Both the position numbers and the translations under genes were made by a program. A stretch of DNA of 54,524 nucleotides from Girardia tigrina. Taxonomy: Eukaryota. Location of the stretch: positions 89,724-144,247 of the forward strand of contig MQRK01174637.1 of assembly GCA_001938485.1 (NCBI GenBank), in the 5' to 3' direction. This document shows, one piece after another, positions 38,127-51,249 of this stretch. The notes under the pieces were generated by a model, which searched no databases, was not told where the DNA came from, and saw only the letters and a program-made list of their open reading frames with translations. Each line of letters opens with the position of its first letter. The first letter of the stretch is position 1.

Positions 38127-38790
38127 TTAGGTTGTCAAGTAGGAAATTTGTAGGCATGATTACAATAAATTCAAATAGTTATAATTTGGCAATGACTTAA
38201 CATTTTGTTTGATTGTCATATATTTTGGCTATGGAACACATCAATAAAAATTATTGATTGCTTTAATAATCAGTTTTTTATCAATGGAAAATACAGAAAT
38301 TTGAACTATTATAAAGTTGAACCTCAGCATCAGAACCCATGCGAAGTATCAATAGTCTATTCAGATACAATGCTACAAAGCAGCAGGCAGTCTCAAATTG
38401 GTTCATGAAATTTGCAAAAGTTAATTTTAACTTCAATAATGAATTTCACGGTCACCCAAAAACGCAGGTAGACAATGACGAACTGAAGGTCACCGTGTAG
38501 TCGGATTCATCACATGATTCATTGCTAACGTTTGCTGTTACAAAGCAAACAATATTGAATCATTTGACTCAAATTGGTAAAGTGAAAAAGTAAGATGAGT
38601 GGATTCCACATGAGTTGAATGAAAAGCAGAAACAAAAGCGTTTTAATGCTTACTTGATGATGTTTCCTCATTATAAATGTGATCACTTGTTGAATCGAAT
38701 CGTCACTTGTAATAAAAGTTAGAAGAAAAATGATAATTACAAACGTTCAGCAAGCTGTGTAGACACTAATGAAGCACAAAAATAGGCAAC
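38127..38790 (+). mobile_element. 5' half of a mariner element (cecropia-like), degenerate
   Basis: TA followed by TTAGGTTGTCAAGTAGGAAA (TIR-like). ATG at 38284. Peptides VDNDELK, ILNHLTQIGKVKK*DEWIPHELNEKQKQKR, LLNRIVTCNK. Confidence 0.85.
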
Positions 38791-40537
38791 TTCTGAATAG
38801 GCAACGATTAGAGTATATCCAATATTCTAATCTTAGATACATTTTCCGGTTTTAATTCATCTTTACCCTGTAATGCTATATTTACAAAATTTTTTCGAAT
38901 GCCAATGGCGTTTTCGATTTTTTTTTAACATTATATTTTTAATTATCAAAATCAAAACATGTTTTTCATTTAAATCTTAAAGGTTAAAATTCTCATTTTT
39001 AAATTATAATTAAAAATTCGTTTGATTTAGTTTTATTCTTACTAGTTAAATTAAAATATTTTGACAAATAAAGATTATGTACTAATAAAAATATCGTGTT
39101 ACGTATTTACATCTACAACGTTACTTTCTTGTTTATAGATTGAACTGAAACTTAATGATTACAGTATGAACTATTTGTAAAAATTGAACTGGATTTTAAA
39201 TAAAAATTATGTCTTAGTGGGGAAAACTTTGTGTATCTATATTACATCCTCCATGGAAAGGCTTTAGTGTAATTAATCAAGTGGTTATAGACGGAATGAC
39301 CTTTCCTAATTGTATCTTCTTCGATACATAAGATGATGAATGTATCTCCCAAAATTTTTCATATAATAAACAAATATTTATTTTTATTGATAAAATTGAA
39401 TGAAAAATCCGAAATAATTTATGTGACAGAATATTCTTTTCATAAAAGACATTGCGACTTTTTTAGCTGAATTTGATAATAATAAATCAATTACACTATC
39501 GAAATTTTAAGTTTGAAAATATCATTAACAAAACTTTATTTGAAATAAAATAAGTTTATTTAAAACATAATATTTAATTAAGACAAACTTGTATCCAGGA
39601 CCCTTCTTTTTCTCAGAGATTTCCTTTGAAGATCTTCATAAACTGCTGCATCTTTGTGAGAAAATTCATGTCAGATGTCATTGCATCTTAAACATTTTTA
39701 ATTCTTTTTTTTGTAAATTAATAAAATTTATAAAAATAAAATTGACTTCTTAGTAAATTAAAAAACCTTTTTGTAAACCATGCTTTACTGTAAAAAAAAG
39801 TCTGATAAATCGATTAAAAAATTCTCAAATTTCAACAATTTAAACGATTTGGAGTCGATATTTTGAGTCCATAATTCAAAACTAGTTGTCCGATTTAGCC
39901 AGACTGGATGCAAAAATGACTGAAAAATTAAGAAAAAGCATTTTACTATGCTTCCATTAACCATAACCATAGGTTAAATTTAAAACTTTTTGACTGAATA
40001 TTTCAGTCTAATTCACTGATTTTCGCTGTTCTTCGGACCTCCGTTTTTGGTTGTTTTTTTAACCCTAGGAAATAATGGAAAAATAGTAAAGTAGTCCGAG
40101 TTTAGAAAATCAGTTTTTTTGTAAAAAAAATCCTGAAGTCAAAGATACAACCAAATAAATTTTAATTCATAAGGAATCCAAAAATACATTTTATACGAAA
40201 AAATAATGAAAATTTATATGATAAATATAAAAAATACAATTTTGAACTCATTTTGTTTTTAATTTAATTTAAAAAAATCAAAAATTTTTTTAATATCCAT
40301 GCTTTATGCGGACAGAACTCTATTTGGCCTACAAATTTTCTTGATATCTTTTGTAGAAGGAAAAAATACTAAGACATTTTTTAATAAATTTATTATGTTA
40401 TTAGTAACTACTTAAATCTTTTGTGGAAAGGGAAATTTCACACGAAAAGTTTTATAACTCATTTTTGCAATTAAATAGTTACCAATAAAATGACAACTAT
40501 TTTATAAAGTATGGAAGGAGAAAAACCCAAATATTTC

Positions 40538-43500
40538 AGTTCAATCTCCAGGTTTCACTTCAGGATTCATAACTTCAGCAAGTAGAATTTATTTAATATT
40601 TAGAATCTTTTTAGAATACAAATTAATAATCACAACTTTCCCCTCTTTTATAATTCGTTATTTACTTTCTTAATCCACTCAATTCTTCGACTAATTATGT
40701 TTCCATCTTTCAGATTCTGTAGTTCCAAATGGTGTTGCGATATATGTCTTAAAATTTGGTACGGTTCATCGAATAGGAAAGTGTCCTTTCTCAGTTTTGT
40801 AGGATCCTGTTTTACAAAGACTTTCTGAGCATCCTCGAAATGTCAATTTGTTTTCTTTTCTCTCTCCAAATTTTCCATTCGTCTTGCCGCTTTCTCTAAA
40901 TTTTCTCTTACCTTCATCTTGATCACGTTGCTCTCTTCCGTTTTATCTATTCCTGCTGCCGCATGTAAGTTTAATTTTCTACCAAACACAACTTCGAAGG
41001 GTGAATATCCGTCCTACTCTGAACTGTTGCATTTAGACAGAATTCTATCTTCGGAACAATTTGCCACCATGATCGTTTGTCTGTGTGTCCTCTGCTTGTT
41101 ACTATCATGTCTCTCACTGTTCGAATAGTTCTTTCTGCCAATCCGTTTGATTGATGTTGAATGGGCTACTAAATCTTTGTTCGAATCCAAATTTCCTGCA
41201 AAAGTCTTTAAATTTTCCGCCAGTAAAACATTTTCCATTGTCTTTTAATATTGTTTTTGGCTTCCCATATCTATATATCCATTTTATCAACACGCATTGA
41301 ACTATGGTGTCTTCGTTTTGAGTTCTAATCTCTGTCAAAGTGACCCATTTCTAAAACTGGTCAACCATGACCAAGAGTTATGGGTACATGCTATTCTTGT
41401 CACCCACATATGTGATATCCATCACGACTCGCTCTAAAATCTCGTCACTTCTTATTGGAATCAACTTCGCTTTCGTTTTTTCACTTGGAATTTTTCTGCG
41501 TATACATTTCTGACATTCTCCTATAACGATTTGCACCTCTTTCGCTAAATCTGGTAGCATAAAATGATTTTGGATATACTTCTTTGTCTTTTTGATATCT
41601 ACATGACATAAATCTCTGTGTATTTTCCTAATGAAATCTCTTCTAATATGCTTCGGAACCAATGGTAACACACAATTTCCTTCTTGCCTACCCCATAACA
41701 CATTCTGATAAACTAATTGGTCCTTTAGTTGTAATAAATCCTTGGTGATTTCATTCTTTTCACCCTCTGCCATCTCCTGTATTTGTTTCAACTGGTTCAA
41801 CTCTGAGTACTTTTCTTGTTCGTCTTTTATTCATAGAATTGTAGACTGAATCACCACTGTAATGATGTGGTTCACCCTTGCTTTTGTTGATTTCGGTTGT
41901 TCGTGTTTCGTTTCATATTGTGCACAAACGTCGTCGTATAGCCGTGATAATTCATCTGCATTTCCATGTTCGTCACCTTTTCTATACTTCAAATCAAAGT
42001 CAAAATCCGCCATGTTTGCTAACCATGTTTGGAATTGAGGAGTTATTGGTTTTGAAGTACTCTTCATATACACCAGTGCTTTATGATCAGTTCTTGCTGT
42101 AAATCACTTATTATATAAATATTGCTTAAAATGTAACATGAACTCTTGTAAACCTAATAGTTCCTTTCTTGTCACACAGTACCATTTTTCATGTGTGGTT
42201 AAAGTCCTCGATGCATACGTGATTACTACTTCTTTCTCTTCTGATATCTGACTTAGAATTGCTCCTATCGATCCGAATGATGTATTGTGTCTAAGATGAA
42301 ATTATTATTCGGGTTCACAAATGCTAATAGGGGTGCACCACATAACTTTTGCTTCAATTCGTTAAAACTTCTGTCGCACTCGTCTGACCAAAATATTTCT
42401 TTACATTTTCCGCTACATGCACTGTGCAAAGGTGATGATAATTCGGCGTAATTCTTGATAAATCGTCGATAGTAGTTACACAGACATAAAAATGCTCGTA
42501 AATTTCTAGTACACTTTGGAATCGGAAAATTTTGAATTTCTGCCACTTTCAATTTATTTGTTGAGATACCTTCTTTGTTAATTGTATGTCCCAGAAATAC
42601 TAGCTCCCCACTCCGAATTTGCATTTCCCTGGATTGACTTTTAAACCTGCTTTCTTCAGTCTATTCTTTACTTCTTCTAAGTCTTATATGATCCTTCATT
42701 GATTTTGAGTAAATTAAGACATCATCAGGTATATTACTACTCCAGAGAATTGTAAATCGTCAAATAATGAATTCATTATTCTCTGAAACGTTCCGGGTGC
42801 TGTTGAAAGTCCAAACGGTACACGGTTAAAACAATACTGCTATGTTCTTGTGCAAAACGCAGTCTTTTCTAGAGAACTTTCATCCAATGCTTTTTGATGG
42901 TATGCTTTGTCTAAATCTATACTGAAAAAAATTTTGACTGTCTCGCATTGGAAAGGAAACTTTCTTTGATACATCATTCAATTTTCTGAAATCTAAACAA
43001 ACTCGAATACCTCCATCTTTCTTTGGCGTAATGATTAACGGGGAGTTCCATTCACTTTTACATTTTTGAATTATTCCTGCCTTTTCTAATCCTTTCAAAA
43101 ATCCTTCGATTTGACTTTCAAAATGAATCGATTGTCTTCTTGGATTCAGAAAAATCGGTTTACCTTTTGTTTCAATTTTATGAACCACAATATCCGTAAA
43201 TCCCAAATCGTATTCATGTTTAATGAAAACATCATCATATCGTTTCACGAGGTGTTCCAGTCGTTTGTTTTGCTCTTTCAGTTTCATATCTTTCTCCAGT
43301 ATCATAACTGACTTGGTAGTTTTTTCAAGTTTGATTCCGAATTTATGCATGACATTAACACATCCAATGACTGCCGCTCGGATTGCTTTCACCGCTAAAA
43401 AATCTACCGCATGGCACTCTTCTTTCCATTTCAAATTCACTGTCATTTTTTCCAAATACTTATGGCCTGAAAACGCTCCATTTAGTATAATTGGGCTCTT

Positions 43501-44911
43501 TTCTAATCTGGGTTGTCCGATTTCCAACCAAACCTTCTTACTAATAACTGAAACACCCGCTCCACTATCCCACAATATTTATACGTTGTGATTGTTCAGC
43601 CTAACATTGCTCCACCATCTACCATCTGACCCCTCTACTATCTCTGCAATTAGATTTTTTGGATATTTTATGCCGACTCCACAGCCAAAATGCTCCCCAT
43701 GGAGTCTCTGGCGTTTAAATCATCTCCATATTCATTTTATATGATACGATATCAACGTTTTCTTCATTGTACACATCATTGATGCATACTACATTAACAT
43801 TCTTAATATAATTACAGTTTCTGAACCTATGTTCACTTTTTCCACAGATTAAACAATGAATATTTATAAAACAATCTTTCCTCAAATGCCCATGTTTTCC
43901 ACAGAAATAAAAATCCCCTGTAGTTAAATTCTCCTCTTCTGGAGACGGAAGTCTCTTTATTTTGAAATATAACTTCCTGGCTTTGTACCAAGCCGAATGC
44001 ACCGGACGATGATATTGTTGTTTATCTTCTGACATTCTACTGAATTCTTTATCATTACTTTTATTAAATCTTTCCGATGGTATTCTACGTTCCGTTCTTA
44101 ATATTGTTGTCTATCGTTTGTTTCATTCAATCGAGCTGTATTTCTTTTATGTTCAGGATTCTCATATCTTCTAACTTGATGTTTGTCTTTCTTTGCCATT
44201 TCTGCATACGATGTATTGACGGCTAAAACATCATTTCTTTTTTCTTTTGATATGTTGTGCTCGTAAATCTTAGCTTCCGCTCTCATTTCGTCCACTGATA
44301 TGTTAGGTTTGAAAACAAATCGATCCTTTAGAACTTGAGATTTCATCCGCTTTTCAAAAGTTCATTCAAAATATCTTCATCGCTGTTTTTCCTAAAACTT
44401 ACCATTGTTTTCCGAACTCTTAATTAGAATGCTAAGAATATTTCATTCTCACCTTGACAATTTTGGCTTAGTTTGTCCAATGCTTCCAACAGCGGTACTT
44501 TCTACATAAATGTTTTCTGGAACCAATTTTTGGATTCCACATCTGAAATTGGTTTCTTACCCTATTCTGTTGCATTCCACCAAAGAATTTTTGCTTCGTC
44601 TATCAACAAATAGTTACACATTTCCGAGAATGTTAACCCAAAAAATTCTGAGAATTGGCATATGTCTCTATACCATATTTGACCTTCTTCAGAATCTACT
44701 CCATTGTACTTCTTCATTTTCTTCTCGAGGGTTTCCTTTAGGATTAATGGCAGTTCTAGTTTAGGAAGCCTCAAAACTTTTATTGGAACACCAGCGTGGT
44801 CGCCAGTTAAATCTCCAGGTTTCCCTTCAGGATTCATGAATATCAACAAGTAGAATTTATTTAATATTTACAATATTTTTAGAATACTAAAAGAAATTAA
44901 TAATCACAACT
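40538..44911 (-). mobile_element. Near full-length degenerate Ty3/gypsy retrotransposon with about 100-bp LTRs
   Basis: LTRs 44805-44911 and 40538-40637 (AGTT...AACT). TSD ATTTC (40533-40537, 44912-44916). PBS TGGCGACCACG and PPT AAAAGAGGGAA. Gag with two CCHC knuckles (first degenerate), PR (WDSGAGVS), RT (RVCLDFRKLN), RH, IN (HRDLCH..CQKC). Many stops and frameshifts. Confidence 0.95.
43675..43719 (-). promoter_or_regulatory. Putative -1 ribosomal frameshift signal at the gag/pol junction
   Basis: Slippery heptamer TTTAAAC (43719-43713), a 6-nt spacer, then a 10-bp stem GACTCCATGG/CTGTGGAGTC. The -1 frame leads toward the protease. Confidence 0.7.
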
Positions 44912-45339
44912 ATTTCTATTTACTAACTTTTAAACATTTGTGGATAATATATATAGAAAGCAATCTAATTTAAAGCATGGACAAATAGAGGATAATTTTT
45001 CGTCAATCGCAAATTTGTTTTTTTTGTAAAAATGACTAATTATTCATTTAAATAATATTTTTTAATCGATTCATTTATATTCATGGAGATTATACATTTT
45101 GGTTAAATTTCAGCTCAATTGAATGAAAATAGTTGGTGGAACATCGTTTAACCATTTTAGGACCAAGATAAAATTCTGAGCAATGCGAAAACTAAACCGA
45201 CACTCCCACATGCACAAAAATCTCATATCAACAAAAGTGCTTAACAGCACCCTATGCGAGAAATTATTTCAGATTTCGGACACTAGATATCACGACAATA
45301 CAATCAATATTGTGGTTTTGCATTGGAACTAACTGGTAG

Positions 45340-46700
45340 CTATGGGACTTGCAATCAAAAGGTGCTTTCATTACAAAACCATGGGACAACAAAGGGTAAC
45401 AAATTTGTGGAATATAAAGATTTTCTTTTTGTTTACGCATAAAGGAAATATTTATCACTCGTTACAGGAAAACATAATATTTTGCGTGTACAAATACTTA
45501 ATTCATAAGATTTTTTTTATTTACAATTATTAATGATAATTTTGTTGTCAAGCCATTACGTGTTGACAACATGTGTGAAAATAGCAAAATCATTTCGTTT
45601 CCAAATATTATAATTAGTAAGACATGTAATGAATACAGTGTGACATACATTACAGAGACTGTCCATAATCTCTGCAAATGAGTACAACATCACACTTTTA
45701 GAGAGTGGAGGACTTATATTGCGCAACATATACAAATTATTTAATGTAGTTTAAGTAAGAATGATTTCAAAATTATGTACAAGCATTTTAAAAATTAAAA
45801 GGAGAGGATCATGAAAGGTGGAAAAAGTGGCACCAATGAAAAGATCACTGAAAATTTAAATAAACGAGTTAATTTGTTTTATTGACATAAGAAATCACAA
45901 TCGGAAAAATCACAATCATAAAAAATCCAACGGTCATCCATACCTAGAGAGGAGATAGGGACTACCAGGTTATTTGTCTATTGAGACACTAAAAAATGTT
46001 TAAAACCCAAACCATAAGGCTTATGTACAATTGAGTGCACCTACACCTATTGAAGACTACGGTCCCAAAAGTAGCGTTTCAGTTGCGTATCAAGAGAGTA
46101 AGTTGTACATTCAATTCTTGCAATAAATTTTTCGCTGAGGAGAAGGAATTAAGAAAATATATAATGAATTTACTCTGGACACAGTACCTCAGTGACAAAG
46201 GGGTCGTAATTCTTACATATACCACATATAGAACTGACACAAAAGTTATTAAACTAAAGTATCTTTTACTTTTTTTAATTAATTTAATGTTAATGGTGTT
46301 ACTTACATCTTCAATGCTTAAAACATCTTAGATGACAGACTTATATATACTTTTGATCCTATCGTAAAAATTTAAGTGTCAGTGTCTATCGGTATCACTT
46401 TTTTCAGCAATCAAAGGGTGATTCAGAACTTAATTTTTTGTCTTCAACTGGATAACATAACGGTTAGAGGGATATTCAAATGTCCCTTTCCAGTTTTACT
46501 AATTGCACTTTTACAGCCGCAGCATTACAGAACCATGAAACAATGGATCATGATTTGTTATCATTCAGAGAGACCAACCAAAATATTCTCGTACATTGAT
46601 GGCTCACACTCTTACATCAACAGCCGTGTGAGAGGATTGGAAATCCTGGTATTTGTTTGAATTTTCCACTCGTTACATTGTTTACGATTCATTACTTTGT
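45340..46700 (+). mobile_element. Possible very old FLYWCH/MULE transposase remnant
   Basis: Scattered peptides TTKGNKFVEYKDFLF, DSELNFLSS, GIFKC-PFQFY*LH (compare DGTFK..P..FYQL) and IDGSHSYINSRV, in the expected order but in different frames. Confidence 0.35.
45927..46070 (+). mobile_element. Second, headless copy of the SINE body and tail
   Basis: CCAACGGTCATCCATACCTAGAGAGGAGATAGGGACTACCAGGTTATTTGTCTATTGAGACACT aligns without gaps to CCAACAGCCATTCACACCTGGAGAGGAGATAGGTGCCACCAGATTACTTGCCTACTGATACACT of the 19 kb copy; similarity continues into the tail. Confidence 0.85.
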
Positions 46701-47192
46701 CAATTGTAGTAGGGAAAGCTAGTATCATAAAATAACATTTGTCAGCAGAATTTAAGTAATATTTATGCTTTCAAAATTCAGTAATTTTAAGGTTCATATT
46801 TCGATTCTAAACTGACAAATTATAATCTATTTTAATAAAAAACAATGGACAAGAGCAATAAACAATCTTAAATTATTTTTTAATTGTATAACTTTGTCAT
46901 TTATGTTTACTAATGGTAAATCAAAATATTTATCAATTGCCATAAAAAACATCAATAAAATTAATTAATAATTTTGCTTTCGGCAAAAAATAATTTGATT
47001 CGTTGTCTGTAAAGAAATTCCAATTTTATAATATAAATTATTCACGAATTTCAAAGATATCACATTTCATTTTGTTTTAATTCATCAATTTAATCATCAA
47101 TTACATTTTAATTTATAAACTTGATTTTAATTACTAATAAAATTAAGTTGGATAATCAAAATTAAATCGTACGGATTCGATTTTGTGTGAAA

Positions 47193-47499
47193 ATGATCAC
47201 CTTTAATTTAATCTTTACTATCGGCACGATTGTTCTGGGCTCGTCGCTCCAATTCGGCTATCAAACGGGTGTCATAAATTCCCCAATAAAAGTCACTTAT
47301 AGATCTTTAACTCAATTTTTTATTGATTATTTTTTCAGATAATCGAAGATTTCATACGAGAAGACAATTTCGAAAAATTTCATAAAAATCTCACGGACAA
47401 ACAGATAGAAATAATCAGTTCTGGCGTCGTTGCAGCCTTTCCCGTGGGAGGGCTCCTTGGAGCGCTCGTTTGTGGAGTTCTCGCAAACAAACTCGGACG
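47193..47499 (+). CDS. Facilitated glucose transporter (SLC2A/GLUT class I-like), first two coding exons 47193-47291 and 47339-47499; gene incomplete in window
   Basis: Spliced translation MITFNLIFTIGTIVLGSSLQFGYQTGVINSPIK|IIEDFIREDNFEKFHKNLTDKQIEIISSGVVAAFPVGGLLGALVCGVLANKLGR matches GLUT motifs SLQFGYNTGVINAP and GG..G......RFGR. 47-nt GT-AG intron; GTAATT donor at 47500. Confidence 0.92.
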
Positions 47500-48994
47500 G
47501 TAATTTGCAATTTTTTTATTTTTTTATTTATTTTATTTTTATTATTTTTAAATCATTTATTTTTAATTTTTATTATATTTATTTTTGTTGCTTTTTTAAT
47601 TATTTTTTATTTAAAATAACTTTTTGATAATTATTTTTTGTAAAATTTATTTTTTTTCATATTTTTTGTTCAATAATATTATTATTTTTTATTTTGTAAT
47701 TTATCAATAAATTTTTATTTATTACTTATTATTATTATTTATTGTTATTATTTTTTTTACTAACTCAGCTGGTGATTTTCGATTTTATTTTATTTTTTTA
47801 TTTATTATAGCTATTTTTATTATAATTTATTATTTAATTAATTATTAGTTTGTCGGGGTTCTTTTTGGTGATCTTTAAATTTTTGATATTTTTAAATTTT
47901 CGATATTTTTAAAAATCATATTTATATTTTAAATAAATCAAAAATAATATTAAACATTTTATTAATTTGAAAATAATTAATTGTTATAAATAATCTGTAA
48001 AATAAATATTTAAAACCAAAATTTTTTAAACAGATATAAAAAAATATCTTAATTAATTTTAAAAAGTTAATTCCATAAATAATTAATAAAATATAGATAT
48101 ATAAATATTTTAAAATTTTATAATTAAAATCTCTATTAAATAATAATAAATTTAGATAGTGATTAATATTTGTGTATTTTTAAAAATCGTGATTTATATT
48201 CAAAAATAAAATAATATTTTCTGTATTTCAAATTTGTGAATTGTATCTTAAAGTTGTAAATGGTTTTTGCAAATTTTTGTTAAAAAGAAATAAAATGTTT
48301 TATTAAAGAGAAATAATTTATAGTTTAAATTATTAATAATCACTATGTTTAAATTGAATTTTCAAAATATTTTTAAAGATCTAAATTTATAAAAAATTGA
48401 ATAAAATAACATATTTATTTATCGATATTATTATTTATATTTAGAATTTTTAGATCTGGATTATGAAATTGAAATAGTTCCTCATAAATTTGTTTCAATA
48501 ATGAAAATTGTAGTAGAAATAAAAGTTTGCAAATTATGAATTCTGATTTCAATCACGAACCTAATATAGTTAATTATTTTATTTATCTTTCTTGCATATT
48601 TTTTTACTTACTTTTTTGAAATAAGTTTTGAATAATTATTTTTTTTCGTGTACTTTTTTCAAAAAAATTATGCTTTTTTTATTATATATATAAATTATAT
48701 ATATAAGTATATAATTATAATATAATATATAAGTATTATATAAGTATACTTATATAATATATAAGTATATAATTTTCTTTTATTTATTACTTATTACCTT
48801 ATTAGTTATTGTTAACTATTTTATCTAAATTTCCGTGGAACCTTAAAACATCGACAATAAAAACGTTGAAAAAAATTGGATGGATTTCTATTGGATCAGT
48901 CTATTAATAAAGCTATTAAAAACTAATTTATCGTTTAAAATCATATTTCTTTTTTCTCCTTATTGAGTTCTCGATCAAAAGACGTTGTCATTAA

Positions 48995-50689
48995 CACAAA
49001 AATTTATTTCTACCACAATTTGAGTTTTTTAAACAAATATTTCCGAGGAACTTTTGCACTTTCTTTTACACAGACCATTATAAATAAGAATTGATATAAA
49101 TATAAATATGGTTATTGTATTTTTTACGAATTAAAATTCTATACTTTTTTTTAATAAAAAATTATAAAGTGAATTAAAATTTTGTCAAAAAGATTTTGTT
49201 GTGTCTTTTATTAAATTTCAATTTTATTGTACATTTAAATTTACCTGTTTCTCAATTAAATTTCCCAATTCTATACAATAGCATTTTTCATTTCGTTTTC
49301 ATAATAGCTTAAAAATTACTTTGGGTTTAATAAAATAATATTTTGAAAATAGAATTTAAAATCGCAATTTCGTTTAATTTAACAACTTTTAAATTACCCC
49401 TTTTTTACATAAAAATAAAATTATATTTCCATTAATAATTACGTTTTCCTAAATCAAATTAAAATCGCATAAAAATTATAATTACATTTTTACTTTACTT
49501 CGATTTAATCGTGTAAAATAAAGTTACAAAAAATAGTTTAGTTTACTTTCATATTGCAAATAAAATATTAAACTTTATATTACTTTTGATTTTATTTCAA
49601 TTAAATATTTTCATCAAATTTGAAATTAACTTTTTTACTTTATAATAAATCTTTGCATAAATCTTTTAATAAACCTACCGTAAAATTTATTTTATTTCTT
49701 AAATAAATTAATTTTTACATTAAATTTGTGAAAATCTTATTTTAACATATCTATAACACTATTTTACGGAATGTAATTGTTTAATTATTAATTTGATAAG
49801 ATTGTAAATTGTAAATCTTATCACAAAACTTTATTTCTACCACAATTTGAGTTTTTTAAACAAATATTTCCGAGGAACTTTTGCACTTTCTTTTACACAA
49901 ACCATTATAAATAAGAATTGATATAAATATAAATATGGTTATTGTATTTTTTACGAATTAAAATTCTATACTTTGTTTTAATAAAAAATTATAAAGTGAA
50001 TAAAATTTTGTCACAAAGATCTTGTTGCGTCTTTTATTAAATTTCAATTTTATTGTACATTTAAATTTACCTGTTTCTCAATTAAATTTCCCAATTATAT
50101 ACAATAGCATTTTTCATTTCGTTTTCATAATAGTTTTAAAAATTACTTTGGATTTAATAAAATAATATTTTGAAAATAGAATTTAAAATCGCAATTTCGT
50201 TAAATTTAACAACTTTTAAATTACCCCTTTTTTACATAAATATAAAAATTATATTTCCATTAATAATTACGTTTTCCAAAATAAAATTAAAATCGCATTT
50301 TCATTTAATTGTTTTACAATTATATTTTAATTCCAATTAAAATTTCCAAAAAAAAATTATAATTACATTTTTAATTTACTTCGATTTAATCGTGTAAAAT
50401 AAAGTTACAAAAATAGTTTAGTTTACTTTCATATCGCAAATAAAATATTAAACTTTATATTACTTTTGATTTTATTTCAATTAAATATTTTCATCAAATT
50501 TGAAATTAACATTTTTACTTTATAATAAATCTTTGCATAAATCTTTTAATAAACCTACCGTAAAATTTATTTTATTTTTTACATAAATTAATTTTTACAT
50601 TAAACTTCTGAAAATCTTATTTTAACATACCTATAACACTATTTCACGGAATGTAATTGTTTAATTATTAATTTGATAAGATTGTAAAT
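48995..50689 (+). repeat. About 0.82-kb tandem duplication (48995-49809 and 49822-50689)
   Basis: Near-identical AT-rich copies with scattered substitutions. Copy 2 has about 50 bp extra near 50300-50350. Confidence 0.93.
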
Positions 50690-51249
50690 GCAAAAATTTT
50701 ATGAAATCAACAACGCTCCAAACACTCCTTTTGGTTTCACCATTCGTCAACATAAGGAATTTTTGAAAACACGATCTTTCTTCAAATTTAACTTTCTGCA
50801 TAAAATTAAAATTTTAATAATTTTTATTTTTTGCAAATGTATTTTTATATAAACGAAAATGCGCGTTACAATGTTAATTAAAAGGGGCATTATAAAAAAT
50901 AGAATTTTTTTGCTGAATTTTAAAGCATAGAACTTTTTCTGCTTAAATATAAAACATAGATTTTTTATTGACGTAAATATAAAACAGAATTAATATTATA
51001 ATAGAAATAATATTATTCAAAGTGCGCATATCCAAGATATGGCTAGAACACATAAAATCTCGCAGAATCTATGAATTCTTCATTAAAAAAGTTTGTTACA
51101 AAAGATATTTGCAATTTAATTGTTTCAACCACTAATTACAACATAGAAGTTTTCAGTACCAGAAGAAATGAAGTTCTTAATGTTTATATTTTTGACAATC
51201 AAACAAAAAGATTAGAATCCAATCCATTACATTCCGACTCTATTCTGTT

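Noticed and set aside
47430-47627. 65-aa ORF over the GLUT exon
   Set aside because: Wrong frame of the second GLUT exon running into the intron.
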